64,000 bases of DNA from an uncultured Clostridia bacterium (GTDB lineage Bacteria; Bacillota; Clostridia; TANB77; CAG-508). This document shows, one piece after another, positions 1 through 9,516 of this stretch. The DNA is taken from contig CAKPDY010000002.1 of the NCBI GenBank assembly GCA_934149165.1, positions 14,680 through 78,679 on the forward strand. Reading direction: 5' to 3'. The notes below the pieces were generated by a model, which saw only the letters and a list, made by a program, of their open reading frames with translations, did not search any database and had not been told where the DNA came from. Every line of letters begins with the position of its first letter. Position 1 is the first letter of the stretch. A program made the translations under genes and the position numbers.

Positions 1-558
1 TGCAATGGCATTAGACTTGGAATAATAATGTATGGAATGTCACAAAATATGCCAAAAGCCACAGGACTTAAGGCATTTCTAAGAAATATTCGTAACAACT
101 ATACTAAGAAAAAATTAAAAATAAGTCCAACAACTACTACAAATAATTTAAATTTACAAACTTCAATAACTTTGTATAGTGAAGTTATTGATTTAAGAAA
201 AATAAAGAAAAATAATTTTGTTGGATATGGTGCCTCATATATTGCAGATACAGATACAATAATTGCAACTATACCAATTGGTTATGCTGATGGTGTTCCT
301 AAAAAAATTAAACATGTAGTTATTAATAACAAAAAATACAATGTTGTTGGTGATATATGCATGGACATGCTTTCTGTTAAAGTTGATGATACTGTTAAAT
401 TAGGTGATAAAGTTATTTTAGTTGGCGGAGATAAATTACCTGTAAAAACAGTTGCTAATGAATGTGGTATTAACAGTTATACTTTATTTACAGGTATTAC
501 AACCAGAGTTCCTAGAGTATATAAAGTAGAAGACGATTATGTTGAAATTAAGTATTAG
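1..558 (+). CDS. alr: alanine racemase, C-terminal part (5' end lies outside the window)
   Basis: The frame-1 translation is open from base 1 (..RLGIIMYGMSQN..) and matches Alr C-terminal motifs (VGYGASY, IPIGYADG, VVGDICMDM). The listed ORF at 28..558 is only the part that begins with an internal Met. Confidence 0.8.
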   Translation, partial: CNGIRLGIIMYGMSQNMPKATGLKAFLRNIRNNYTKKKLKISPTTTTNNLNLQTSITLYSEVIDLRKIKKNNFVGYGASYIADTDTIIATIPIGYADGVPKKIKHVVINNKKYNVVGDICMDMLSVKVDDTVKLGDKVILVGGDKLPVKTVANECGINSYTLFTGITTRVPRVYKVEDDYVEIKY

Positions 559-663
559 TAAAATAAATGGTTTATAGGTATTTCCAATTTAAAAACCTAA
601 ATATATTATACAAGGAGTATATGATGTATTTAAGTTATACAATACATCATACAAGTAAAAAAT

Positions 664-1884
664 ATGGATTTTGAAATTTTAATAATTGGAACAGATGCAA
701 ATGCTTATTATATGGCAAGATGTTACCATGAATTATACAATAAAAAAGCAAATTTACTTGGCAAAAAGCCAATGATATATACAAAATATACAAATATTCT
801 AAATGTTATTTATAATGATAAAATATGGACAGAGCAAGGTTTTTTAGATGCACTTGAAGATTTTAGAAAACAATATCCTAATAAAAAAATTCTTCTAATA
901 AGTTCTAATGAAACATATGCTGAATTTATAAGTAAAAATAGGGACAAAATAAATGAACAATTTGTTCACAATTATCCTAATATTGATATAATAAATAGTT
1001 TAATTATGAAGGAAACTTTTTATAAAACATATGAAAATTCTGTACTTAATTTTCCAAAAACTGTTTATTATAATTGCAGTAAACCAACTGAAATATCAAA
1101 TGATTTCACATATCCTGTAATTATAAAACCAAGTAATGTTATTGAATATAATCATATAAATTTTGAAGGTAAAAATAAAATTTATAAAGTTAATTCTAAA
1201 GAAGAACTAGTAAATACTGTAAATAAAATAGTTTCAAATGGATATAAAGATACTTTAATTTTACAAGAATTTATTCCAGGTGATGATAGTTATTTATTTG
1301 ATAGTGTTGTATATTGTGGTAAAGATAAAAAAGTCAAATTAATATCATTTGCACAAATTGGTTTGCAAGAACATTCTAAAACAATGGTTGGAAATGCTGC
1401 TGTTTTAATAAATGGGTTTAATCAGTATGGTGATAATTCCGAAATGATACAAACAATTAAAACATTTATGGAAGATATTGGGTACCAAGGCTTTGCTGAA
1501 TTTGATATGAAATATGATTACAGAGATAAAAAGTTTAAGGTTCTTGAAATTAATGCTAGACAAGGTAGATGTAGCTATTATATTACACCTATTGGTTATA
1601 ATTTGGTTAAAGTACTTGCTGATGATTTAATTTATAATAAAAATATGGATTTTAAAGTTTTAGATGATGAGGTTTTACTTTCTTTTGTGCCTAAAGGTGT
1701 TATAAAAAAATATGTAGTAAATGATGTTTTTAAGAAAAAAGCATTGTCATTATGGAAAAACGGTGTTGTTAATCCACTAAAATATAAAAAAGACACTTGC
1801 TTTAAAAGAAAACTTTTACTTGCAAGACGTCATATAGATTATTATAAGGAATATAAAAATGGTGTTTGGGAAAATAAAGGATAA
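664..1884 (+). CDS. ATP-grasp family carboxylate-amine ligase (function unknown)
   Basis: 406 aa with an ATP-grasp architecture (PVIIKPS.., LILQEFIPGDD, EINARQG). It follows alr. Confidence 0.6.
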   Translation: MDFEILIIGTDANAYYMARCYHELYNKKANLLGKKPMIYTKYTNILNVIYNDKIWTEQGFLDALEDFRKQYPNKKILLISSNETYAEFISKNRDKINEQFVHNYPNIDIINSLIMKETFYKTYENSVLNFPKTVYYNCSKPTEISNDFTYPVIIKPSNVIEYNHINFEGKNKIYKVNSKEELVNTVNKIVSNGYKDTLILQEFIPGDDSYLFDSVVYCGKDKKVKLISFAQIGLQEHSKTMVGNAAVLINGFNQYGDNSEMIQTIKTFMEDIGYQGFAEFDMKYDYRDKKFKVLEINARQGRCSYYITPIGYNLVKVLADDLIYNKNMDFKVLDDEVLLSFVPKGVIKKYVVNDVFKKKALSLWKNGVVNPLKYKKDTCFKRKLLLARRHIDYYKEYKNGVWENKG

Positions 1885-1915
1885 GTCTATTTTTAAAGGA
1901 CTTATCCTTTATTTT
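1879..1915. terminator. bidirectional rho-independent terminator between the convergent ATP-grasp gene and ftsL
   Basis: The stem ggataagtc pairs with gacttatcc across an 11-nt loop and is followed by tttatttt. The stop codon of the + gene lies inside the stem. Confidence 0.6.
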
Positions 1916-2607
1916 CCAGTTTTAATAAAACCTTTAATTAATTTTTCAAAAAATCCTGTTTCTTCTTCAATTGTTATTTGTTCTGCTGCTGGTGCAACAT
2001 AATCTTGTTTTGGCAAACTTACATAAATTTTTTGATTATTTTCTAATTTTTTCATTCCTAATCTCTCTTGTGCAGATTGCTCTATAGCTTTTAAATTCAA
2101 ATTATTTTCAATACTTACTTCTATTTGCTGATTAGTTTTGCTTAGTGCTTCTAGTTCTTTTTTATATTGTTCCTTTTTGTTAAAACTCTCACTTATTAAA
2201 GAATTTTGATAACTAATAGCAAACAGCACAGAAAATCCTGTAATTAAAAACATAACCATTTTTATTTTGGTTTTTACATTGTTTCTAGCTTTAGCATTAT
2301 TTTGTATATCTGCATTAGAATTAGAAACTTTTTTTACTTTTACATTATTGTTATCTTTTGTAACCTGTTTCCTTCTATATTCAGGGTTTTGTCTAGCTGG
2401 TACTTTTGTTATTCTTTCAGTACTTCGTACATCTCTATAAGAAGTATTTTTTGTGTTTCTATTGTTTTTTTTCATAGTATTTCCAGAAGTGTTTTTATTT
2501 GATACAGGTTCTTCTTTTTTTGGATACCTATTTTTAAATGGTGTATGTTCCTGGCTAAGCTTTCTAGGATTTGTATCATACTGGTATCCATAAAACCTAT
2601 CTACCAT
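1909..2607 (-). CDS. ftsL: cell division protein FtsL-like (a long Lys/Asn-rich cytoplasmic N-terminus, one TM helix, a coiled-coil septum-formation-initiator C-terminus)
   Basis: It lies immediately downstream of mraZ-rsmH, as in dcw clusters. It has one TM helix (VMFLITGFSVLFAISY) followed by a coiled coil. 232 aa is long for FtsL. Confidence 0.55.
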   Translation of the reverse strand: MVDRFYGYQYDTNPRKLSQEHTPFKNRYPKKEEPVSNKNTSGNTMKKNNRNTKNTSYRDVRSTERITKVPARQNPEYRRKQVTKDNNNVKVKKVSNSNADIQNNAKARNNVKTKIKMVMFLITGFSVLFAISYQNSLISESFNKKEQYKKELEALSKTNQQIEVSIENNLNLKAIEQSAQERLGMKKLENNQKIYVSLPKQDYVAPAAEQITIEEETGFFEKLIKGFIKTGK

Positions 2608-2620
2608 TAATTATTTCACC

Positions 2621-3589
2621 TCACTCTTTTTCAAAAATTCTTAATTTAGCACTTTGTGCTCTGGAATTTTCTAACAATTCTTCATCTTTTGCTACAATTG
2701 GTTTTTTATTTATTATTTTTCCTAATGACTTATAATTACACATACAATAAGGTAAATCTGGCGGACATGTACATTTTCCCATTGCATCTATATATGCTTG
2801 TTTAACAACTCTATCTTCTAGAGAGTGGAATGTAATTATACATAACCTTCCATTTGGTTTTAAACAATCTATTGAATCTTTTACTGTATTGTATAATGGT
2901 CTTAATTCATCATTAACTTCAATTCTAATAGCTTGAAAAGTACGTTTTGCTGGATGTCCATCTTTTTGTTTAGCTTTAGGTATAGAAGATTCAATTATTT
3001 TAACTAACTGACTAGTTGTTTCTATTGGACTAACTAACCTACATTTACATATATTTTTAGCAATATTTTTAGAAAAACGTTCTTCCCCATATTCATAAAT
3101 AATTTTTGCTAAATTTTCCTCTGAGTATGTATTAATGACTTCCTTTGCTGTTAATTTTTGGGATTTATCCATTCTCATATCAAGTTCATTTTCACCAATA
3201 TAACTAAACCCTCTTGTTTTTTCATCTAATTGATATGAGGATACCCCTAAATCTAACAAAATACCATCAACTTTGTCTATGCATAGCTCTTTTAATATAT
3301 TTTTTATGTTATCATGATTTCCATAAATGAATTTTACATTTTTATATTGAATTAAATTATTTTTAGCAGCTTTAAGAGCTTCTTCATCTCTATCAATGCC
3401 TATTAATATTCCTTTTTCAGATAATTTGCTTGCAATAACTTTACTATGCCCTGCACCACCAAGTGTTCCATCTACATATATTCCATCAGGTTTAATATTT
3501 AGTCCTGAAATACATTCATTTAATAGTACAGGTTTATGTTTAAATTCTAACACAACTATTTTACTCTCCAATTCTAAAATATAAATCAA
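2621..3589 (-). CDS. rsmH: 16S rRNA (cytosine1402-N4)-methyltransferase RsmH (MraW)
   Basis: GIYVDGTLGGAGHS SAM-binding motif, with RsmH-like sequence over the full length (322 aa). Confidence 0.9.
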   Translation of the reverse strand: MIYILELESKIVVLEFKHKPVLLNECISGLNIKPDGIYVDGTLGGAGHSKVIASKLSEKGILIGIDRDEEALKAAKNNLIQYKNVKFIYGNHDNIKNILKELCIDKVDGILLDLGVSSYQLDEKTRGFSYIGENELDMRMDKSQKLTAKEVINTYSEENLAKIIYEYGEERFSKNIAKNICKCRLVSPIETTSQLVKIIESSIPKAKQKDGHPAKRTFQAIRIEVNDELRPLYNTVKDSIDCLKPNGRLCIITFHSLEDRVVKQAYIDAMGKCTCPPDLPYCMCNYKSLGKIINKKPIVAKDEELLENSRAQSAKLRIFEKE

Positions 3590-3659
3590 AAAACAACATT
3601 AAATAGCATAATTAGTTGGTATTAATTAAAATACCAACTATAATGCTATTTTTCAATTG

Positions 3660-3955
3660 TTTTTCTTTTGTTTATTTAGTATATCTTTAGCATTTATAGT
3701 TTTTAGCTAAAAATTATATTTTCTTTTGTATAGTAAGATTTTGCATTTCATTTGGTATGTAAATACATTTTTGTAAACTAAAAACTTATCTTTAGAAATT
3801 AATAAAATTTCTTTTGTTAACTATTTATTTTTCTTTTGTTTCTATATAATTTGTCTTTTGAAATATATAGTTTATAGATTAAAAATTTTATCTTTTGTAT
3901 CTTATAATTTTTTTCTTTTGTATCTTTTTACTTTTTCCTTTGTTTATAAAACCTT
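3660..3955. repeat. array of at least 8 direct repeats of TCTTTTG(T/A), written on the + strand (ACAAAAGA on the coding strand), in the 400-bp mraZ-rsmH intergenic region
   Basis: Copies start near 3664, 3722, 3810, 3832, 3854, 3891, 3914 and 3946 (the last is TCCTTTGT). Several are spaced ~22-23 bp apart. The region is non-coding. Confidence 0.6.
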
Positions 3956-3989
3956 TTTTCTTCAGTAAATTTATATAAACTTTTGCAAG

Positions 3990-4421
3990 TTATATACCAA
4001 GTATAGTCATATTTTCAGCAATATCATCTGCTGAAATATTTTCACAACTATTGTATTTTTTCCACTTATCTTTACTCCAGAATTCGATACGTGTTCCCAC
4101 ACCAATTATTACTATTTCTTTCTCCATTGATGCATACTCTCTTAGGTTACTTGCAACTAAAAATCTTCCTTGTTTATCTATCTCACATTCTACTGCTCCT
4201 GATAGGAAAAACCTTACGAAATCTCTGGCATTTTTATTTGTTAATGGAAGTGATTTTAATTTTTCTTCAAAGTTTGTCCATTCTGTTTTGGAAAATCCAA
4301 AAAGGCAACCATCTAATCCCTTAGTAATTATTACTACTTCTCCAATACTTTCTCTTAATTTTACTGGCATTATTAATCTGCCTTTTGCATCTAAAGAATG
4401 TTCATATTCACCAATAAGCAT
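3990..4421 (-). CDS. mraZ: transcriptional regulator MraZ
   Basis: 143 aa with the duplicated MraZ fold. The N-terminus [19 protein letters not shown] is canonical. Confidence 0.9.
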   Translation of the reverse strand: MLIGEYEHSLDAKGRLIMPVKLRESIGEVVIITKGLDGCLFGFSKTEWTNFEEKLKSLPLTNKNARDFVRFFLSGAVECEIDKQGRFLVASNLREYASMEKEIVIIGVGTRIEFWSKDKWKKYNSCENISADDIAENMTILGI

Positions 4422-4611
4422 ATAGATTTAACACCTCTTATTTCCAAACTTTTACTTTTTTAATTAGTTTTGCGTTTTTTATTATTAACGTTCCACTTTT
4501 CACCACTTTGTTCCACCTATAATTGCATTGTAATATAACATTTTATAAAATGCAATACTTTTTTTGAAAAATTTTATAATTTATAATATTAACATAAATT
4601 TTATGTTACCA

Positions 4612-5841
4612 CTAATTCTCAACATAATACTTAGTTCCCAGCATCTTATCAGGCAAATATTGTTGTTCAACATAATGTCCTGGATAATCATGTGGATATT
4701 TATATCCAACACCATATCCCTCTTTTTCCATTCCACTTGCAACAGCATTTCTTATATGCATTGGAATTTCACCAGTATCTTTTGTTGACACATCTTCTAA
4801 AGCCTTATTTATTCCCATATATGATGCATTAGATTTAGGTGATTTAGCATTGTATACAGCAGCTTCTGCTAAAATAATTCTAGCCTCAGGCATTCCAACC
4901 ATATGTACTGCCTGCATTGCAGAATTTGCTACAACAAGTGCATTTGGGTTTGCCATTCCCACATCTTCTGCTGCTGAAATAACAATTCTTCTTGCTAAAA
5001 ACATAGGGTCTTCTCCACCATTTATTGCTCTTGCTAAATAAAATAATGTTGCATCTGGGTCACTTCCACGCATTGATTTAATAAATGCACTTATATTATC
5101 ATAATGACTATCACCATTTTTGTCGAAAATTGCCTTTCTATTTTGAACACTATCTTTTGCAATTTCATTTGTAATATGTATATATCCATCAGAATCCATT
5201 TGTGTTGTAAGCACTGCTACTTCTAGCCCATTTAACGCTGTACGTACATCTCCATTTGAAACTTCTGCTATTTTCATTAATGTATCATCATCTATTTTTA
5301 TAGCATAATCTCCTAATCCTTTTTTATCTGTTATTGATTTTTTTAATACCTTAAAAATATCATTTTTATTAAGTGGATTTAATTTAAATACCATAGACCT
5401 TGAAATTAAAGCCTTATTAACTTCAAAATATGGATTTTCTGTTGTTGCACCAATTAAAATAACAGTACCATTTTCAACATAAGGCAATAAAGCATCTTGC
5501 TGTAATTTATTAAATCTGTGAATTTCATCAATAAATAAAATACATTTTCCACTAGGATTAAACATCACATTTTTTGCTTCTTCAATTGCTGATTTTATGT
5601 CTGAAACTCCTGCTGTGACTGCATTAATTTTTTTAAATTTATATTTTGTAGTATTACTTATAACCTTTGCCAATGAAGTTTTTCCACAACCTGGAGGTCC
5701 CCATAAAATAATACTTGATAATCTATCTGCTATTATTGTTCTATACAAAATTTTATCTTTAGCTAAAATATGTTCTTGCCCAACATAATCATCTAATGTT
5801 TCAGGTTTCATTCTATAAGCCAATGGTTCATTACTATTCAT
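4612..5841 (-). CDS. rarA: replication-associated recombination protein A (RarA/MgsA AAA+ ATPase)
   Basis: YRMKPETLDDYVGQEHIL.. then ILWGPPGCGKTSLA (Walker A) and FIDEIHRFNK (Walker B). 409 aa is too long for RuvB. Confidence 0.85.
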   Translation of the reverse strand: MNSNEPLAYRMKPETLDDYVGQEHILAKDKILYRTIIADRLSSIILWGPPGCGKTSLAKVISNTTKYKFKKINAVTAGVSDIKSAIEEAKNVMFNPSGKCILFIDEIHRFNKLQQDALLPYVENGTVILIGATTENPYFEVNKALISRSMVFKLNPLNKNDIFKVLKKSITDKKGLGDYAIKIDDDTLMKIAEVSNGDVRTALNGLEVAVLTTQMDSDGYIHITNEIAKDSVQNRKAIFDKNGDSHYDNISAFIKSMRGSDPDATLFYLARAINGGEDPMFLARRIVISAAEDVGMANPNALVVANSAMQAVHMVGMPEARIILAEAAVYNAKSPKSNASYMGINKALEDVSTKDTGEIPMHIRNAVASGMEKEGYGVGYKYPHDYPGHYVEQQYLPDKMLGTKYYVEN

Positions 5842-5880
5842 TTTTTATCTTTCCCTTCTTTTATATATTAATGCTTTTTA

Positions 5881-6486
5881 TTACTTTGATAAAAACAACA
5901 ATCCTTTTTTTATAATATCTTCAACAGATAATTCATCTTTTTCAAACATTTCAAATGCTTTTTCAATTTCTTTTCTTGTATACCCTAATACCTGTAATGC
6001 AGATAAAGCCTCTGCAATTTTTTCGCCATTACTTTCTTGTTTAGATAAAATTCCTTCTAATTCTTGTTTATCTGTATCTTGAATTGCATTTAATTTATCT
6101 TTTAGCTCAAGTATAATTCTTTGTGCTGTTTTTGGTCCTATTCCAGGTAGTTTTTTTAATTTAGCTACATCATCTGTAATTACTGCTAGTGCAAAACTTG
6201 ATGGTGTAATATTTGATAATATAATTATTGCTGATTTTGCACCAACTCCACTTACAGATAATAATAACTCAAACATTCTTAATTCCTCATTTGTGTTAAA
6301 TCCATATAAACTCATATCATCTTCTCTTACTTTTAAATATGTATATACCTTTGTTTCAGTTCCAATATTTCCTAATTTATCTATAGCAGTTTCAGACATA
6401 AAAATTTTATATCCAATTCCATTTGTTTCTATTACAACATATTCTGCTGTTTTTATTTCTAAACTTCCTTTTATATATGCATACAT
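5881..6486 (-). CDS. ruvA: Holliday junction DNA helicase subunit RuvA
   Basis: MYAYIKGSLE.., the GIGYKIF OB-fold and the HhH domain GIGPKTAQRII. The start is chosen at the MYAYIKG Met, whereas the ORF track extends 6 codons upstream to 6504. No ruvB is adjacent. Confidence 0.8.
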   Translation of the reverse strand: MYAYIKGSLEIKTAEYVVIETNGIGYKIFMSETAIDKLGNIGTETKVYTYLKVREDDMSLYGFNTNEELRMFELLLSVSGVGAKSAIIILSNITPSSFALAVITDDVAKLKKLPGIGPKTAQRIILELKDKLNAIQDTDKQELEGILSKQESNGEKIAEALSALQVLGYTRKEIEKAFEMFEKDELSVEDIIKKGLLFLSK

Positions 6487-6608
6487 TTCAATATCTTCCT
6501 CCATTTTTCTTTGTTTTTATATATAATAATTCATCTTATTTTAAAAGTCAAATTTGATTTTTTTCGTAAATTATGCTAATATTTAATAGTTTTAAGGAGT
6601 GATTAAAA

Positions 6609-7307
6609 ATGAATTCATGGTTAACAAGAACAGAAGGTCTTATTGGAAAAGATGCAATAATTAAATTAAAAAATTCACATGTTACTGTATTTGGTTGTGG
6701 TGGTGTTGGTTCATATGTAATAGAAGGATTGGTTAGAAGTGGTATTGGAAATATTAGTATCATAGATAACGATGTTATTGATATTTCGAATATTAATAGG
6801 CAATTAATGGCTGATTCAACAGTAATTGGAAAACCTAAAGTTGAAGTTGAAAAAGAAAGACTTTTAAAAATAAACCCAGAATTAAATGTTAATATTTTTC
6901 AGGAATTTGTAAATAGTTCTAATGTTCATAAATATATATCTACAACTACAAATTATGTTGTAGATGCAATTGATAGTGTTTCATCAAAATTAAGTTTAAT
7001 TGAATATAGCATACAAAATAATATACCAATTATATCATCTATGGGAACTGGAAATAAACTTGATCCAACAAAATTTGAAATAACAGACATTTCTAAAACA
7101 TCTGTATGTCCTCTTGCAAAAGTTATAAGAAAAGAGTTAAAGAAAAGAGGAATTAGTAATTTGAAAGTTCTATATTCTAAAGAATTGCCAACACGAAATG
7201 AAAACTGTTCCTTACAATCTTCTACACCATGTAGTATTAGTTTTGTACCTTCTGTTGCAGGACTTATTATTGCTGGTGAAGTTATTAAAGATTTAATTTA
7301 TAATTGA
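6609..7307 (+). CDS. tcdA: tRNA threonylcarbamoyladenosine dehydratase TcdA (ThiF/MoeB family)
   Basis: VFGCGGVGSYVIEGLVRSGIG..IDNDV..SNINRQ, a ThiF-type Rossmann fold. 232 aa. Confidence 0.75.
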   Translation: MNSWLTRTEGLIGKDAIIKLKNSHVTVFGCGGVGSYVIEGLVRSGIGNISIIDNDVIDISNINRQLMADSTVIGKPKVEVEKERLLKINPELNVNIFQEFVNSSNVHKYISTTTNYVVDAIDSVSSKLSLIEYSIQNNIPIISSMGTGNKLDPTKFEITDISKTSVCPLAKVIRKELKKRGISNLKVLYSKELPTRNENCSLQSSTPCSISFVPSVAGLIIAGEVIKDLIYN

Positions 7308-7337
7308 AAAAAATATACTGCAATTTATTTAAATAAA

Positions 7338-7392
7338 ATTCATACTGTGTAAATATTTTTTATAGATACACAGTATGAATTTTAATTTATTT
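7338..7392. terminator. bidirectional terminator between convergent tcdA and the yibE/F-like gene
   Basis: A 13-bp stem (attcatactgtgt pairing with acacagtatgaat) flanked by T-runs. Confidence 0.6.
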
Positions 7393-7409
7393 TATAAAAT
7401 ATACAATTT

Positions 7410-8585
7410 TTAATTAGTTCTATTTCCTTTATATTTATAAACATATTTATTATTATCTTCATGTTTATATAAACTAGCAGCAATAATTGAAGTTAAAGGT
7501 ATAGTTGTTAAAATTCCAATACTTCCTGCTAAAGCTTGCAAAATTTCCACAATAATCATTTCCATATTAAATACATAATTTAATGGGTGGTTTGCAGTTA
7601 ATAATAAAACTGTTGATAAAGATCCACCTATATATGCTAAAATAAGTGTATTTGTCATTGTTCCCATTATATCTTTTCCAATATTAAAACCTGATTTAAC
7701 TATTGTTTTAAAATCTGGTTTATCTAATTTACTTGCTACTTCATGTAAAGAAGATGCAATATCAATTGAAACATCCATTATAGCTCCTACAGCTCCTATT
7801 AATATTCCACCAAAAATAATTGCCTTTAAATCAATTGGTGATTGCAATTGTTGTAAATATGTTGAATTTTCGTCAGTTATACCTGTTAAGTTCAAAACAC
7901 CATCCATTATTAAGGTTAAAATTCCTGCAACTAATACACCACCTATACATCCTAATGCAGTTGTTAATGTTTTTCTACTATAACCATAAACTAATAATAC
8001 TGTACTAATAGTAATAAATGTACATGTTATAATTGTCCAAACATAAATATTTTGCCCACCTAATATAGCTGGAATATATACCAAAAATATTGATAAAACT
8101 GTAATTATTAATGATATAATAGTTTTTATTCCTTTTTTTCTTCCAAATAATAAAATTAATCCTAAAAAAATAATTCCTAATACTATTAAACCAGATGTTC
8201 TAGAATATTCAACAAATGTCCAACTTGAATCTCCAATTCCTTCTGAATTATCATGTATTAAGATTTTATCTCCTTGTGATACTTCTTTTACACTTCCTTT
8301 TATGTATGTAGCAATATTTTGAACTGCAATTACCAATGTGTCTTTTTGTTTGCCTGATGAAATTTTTGCTTCAAATGTTATGTCTATATTATATCCATCA
8401 TTTTCTCCATTAATTGAAACTGGGGTTTCTTTTCTTTCAATAATTCTTGTAATAGTTGCATTTGAGTAATTTGGTTTATTTGCATTATTCAAAATATTAT
8501 TATTTTTCATTGCAATTTTATTTCCAATTAATATGTATATAATTGACATTATTAATGCTACTATAAATACTACTTTTTCTTTCAT
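7410..8585 (-). CDS. YibE/F family multi-pass membrane protein
   Basis: 391 aa. An N-terminal TM helix is followed by an extracytoplasmic domain and then about 7 TM helices (YibE/F-like topology). Confidence 0.6.
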   Translation of the reverse strand: MKEKVVFIVALIMSIIYILIGNKIAMKNNNILNNANKPNYSNATITRIIERKETPVSINGENDGYNIDITFEAKISSGKQKDTLVIAVQNIATYIKGSVKEVSQGDKILIHDNSEGIGDSSWTFVEYSRTSGLIVLGIIFLGLILLFGRKKGIKTIISLIITVLSIFLVYIPAILGGQNIYVWTIITCTFITISTVLLVYGYSRKTLTTALGCIGGVLVAGILTLIMDGVLNLTGITDENSTYLQQLQSPIDLKAIIFGGILIGAVGAIMDVSIDIASSLHEVASKLDKPDFKTIVKSGFNIGKDIMGTMTNTLILAYIGGSLSTVLLLTANHPLNYVFNMEMIIVEILQALAGSIGILTTIPLTSIIAASLYKHEDNNKYVYKYKGNRTN

Positions 8586-8712
8586 TTATTTCTCCCTTCA
8601 TTTTTTAATATATTATATAATACCATAAACATAAATTTTTTTGTATAATTTTTTCAAAAAAAGTTACAATAATACTAAAATTTACAAAATATTAAGAAGG
8701 GATGATAGCAAT

Positions 8713-8922
8713 ATGGAAAAGCATTTACTAATTACTGGTGTTTCTGAAACATCTTGGAAAGATGCAATAACAACTGCAATTACAGAAGCATCTAAATCAA
8801 TTGATTATTTATCAAATATAAAAGTTTTAGAACAACGTGCTAAAATTAGTGGAAATAGAATATCAGAATATTACGCAGATATTGATATATCTTTTATAAT
8901 TGATACAGAAAGGAATGGTTAA
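8713..8922 (+). CDS. dodecin-family flavin-binding protein
   Basis: MEKHLLITGVSETSWKDAITTAI..ISEYYADIDISFII has a dodecin-like beta-alpha-beta-beta pattern. The start is chosen at the internal Met after an RBS-like gaaggg; the ORF track extends to 8641. Confidence 0.5.
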   Translation: MEKHLLITGVSETSWKDAITTAITEASKSIDYLSNIKVLEQRAKISGNRISEYYADIDISFIIDTERNG

Positions 8923-8925
8923 TTT

Positions 8926-9369
8926 ATGAAACCTATTGAAACAAAGCAAGAATATAGTGATTATGTTGATCAAAAATCTCCAAATTCCCCAATATGGAAA
9001 AACTGTTTTAATGCTTTTTGGGTTGGTGGATTAATTTGCTCAATTGGGCAAATTATTATGGATTTTTGTATGTATAAAGGATTAGATAAAACAAGTTCAT
9101 CAACTGTTGTATCTATAGTACTAATTGGAATTGCAGCACTTTTAACTGGATTAAATTTATTTAACAGAATAGGAAAATTTGCAGGAGCAGGTTCATTAAT
9201 TCCAATAACCGGTTTTGCAAATTCAATAGTTTCACCTGCAATTGAATATAAGTCTGAAGGATATGTTATGGGTGTTGGTGGAAAAATGTTTACTGTAGCA
9301 GGTCCTGTACTTGTTTTTGGTATTTGTTCATCAGTACTAATTGGATTAATTGCATGTTTATTTGGATAG
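8926..9369 (+). CDS. spoVAC: stage V sporulation protein AC (SpoVAC)
   Basis: 147 aa, 4 TM helices, SpoVAC-like sequence (NAFWVGGLICSIGQ.., ITGFANSIVSPAIEYKSEG). No spoVAD or spoVAEb is adjacent. Confidence 0.75.
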   Translation: MKPIETKQEYSDYVDQKSPNSPIWKNCFNAFWVGGLICSIGQIIMDFCMYKGLDKTSSSTVVSIVLIGIAALLTGLNLFNRIGKFAGAGSLIPITGFANSIVSPAIEYKSEGYVMGVGGKMFTVAGPVLVFGICSSVLIGLIACLFG

Positions 9370-9516
9370 TAAAAATATTTTTTAATTTTTAAGTGAATTA
9401 CTATTGTTGTTAAAACATAAAATAGTTTTAGTTTTTAAAATGGTAATTCACTTACTAATTTTAATAACTAAAACTATTATTTTATAAACTGTTATTATAA
9501 TTTATTATTTTTTCCT

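Noticed and set aside
3590-3989. A CRISPR array
   Set aside because: The repeats are only 8 bp with irregular 22-88 bp spacing, and there are no cas genes. This is not CRISPR-like.
4051-4425. ORFs of 124 aa and 77 aa on the + strand inside mraZ
   Set aside because: They are antisense to a clearly conserved mraZ coding sequence, with low-complexity translations and no RBS.
4612-5841. Calling the AAA+ gene next to ruvA as ruvB
   Set aside because: At 409 aa, and with the N-terminal YRMKPETLDDYVGQ motif and the C-terminal MgsA-type domain, it fits RarA, not the ~335-aa RuvB.
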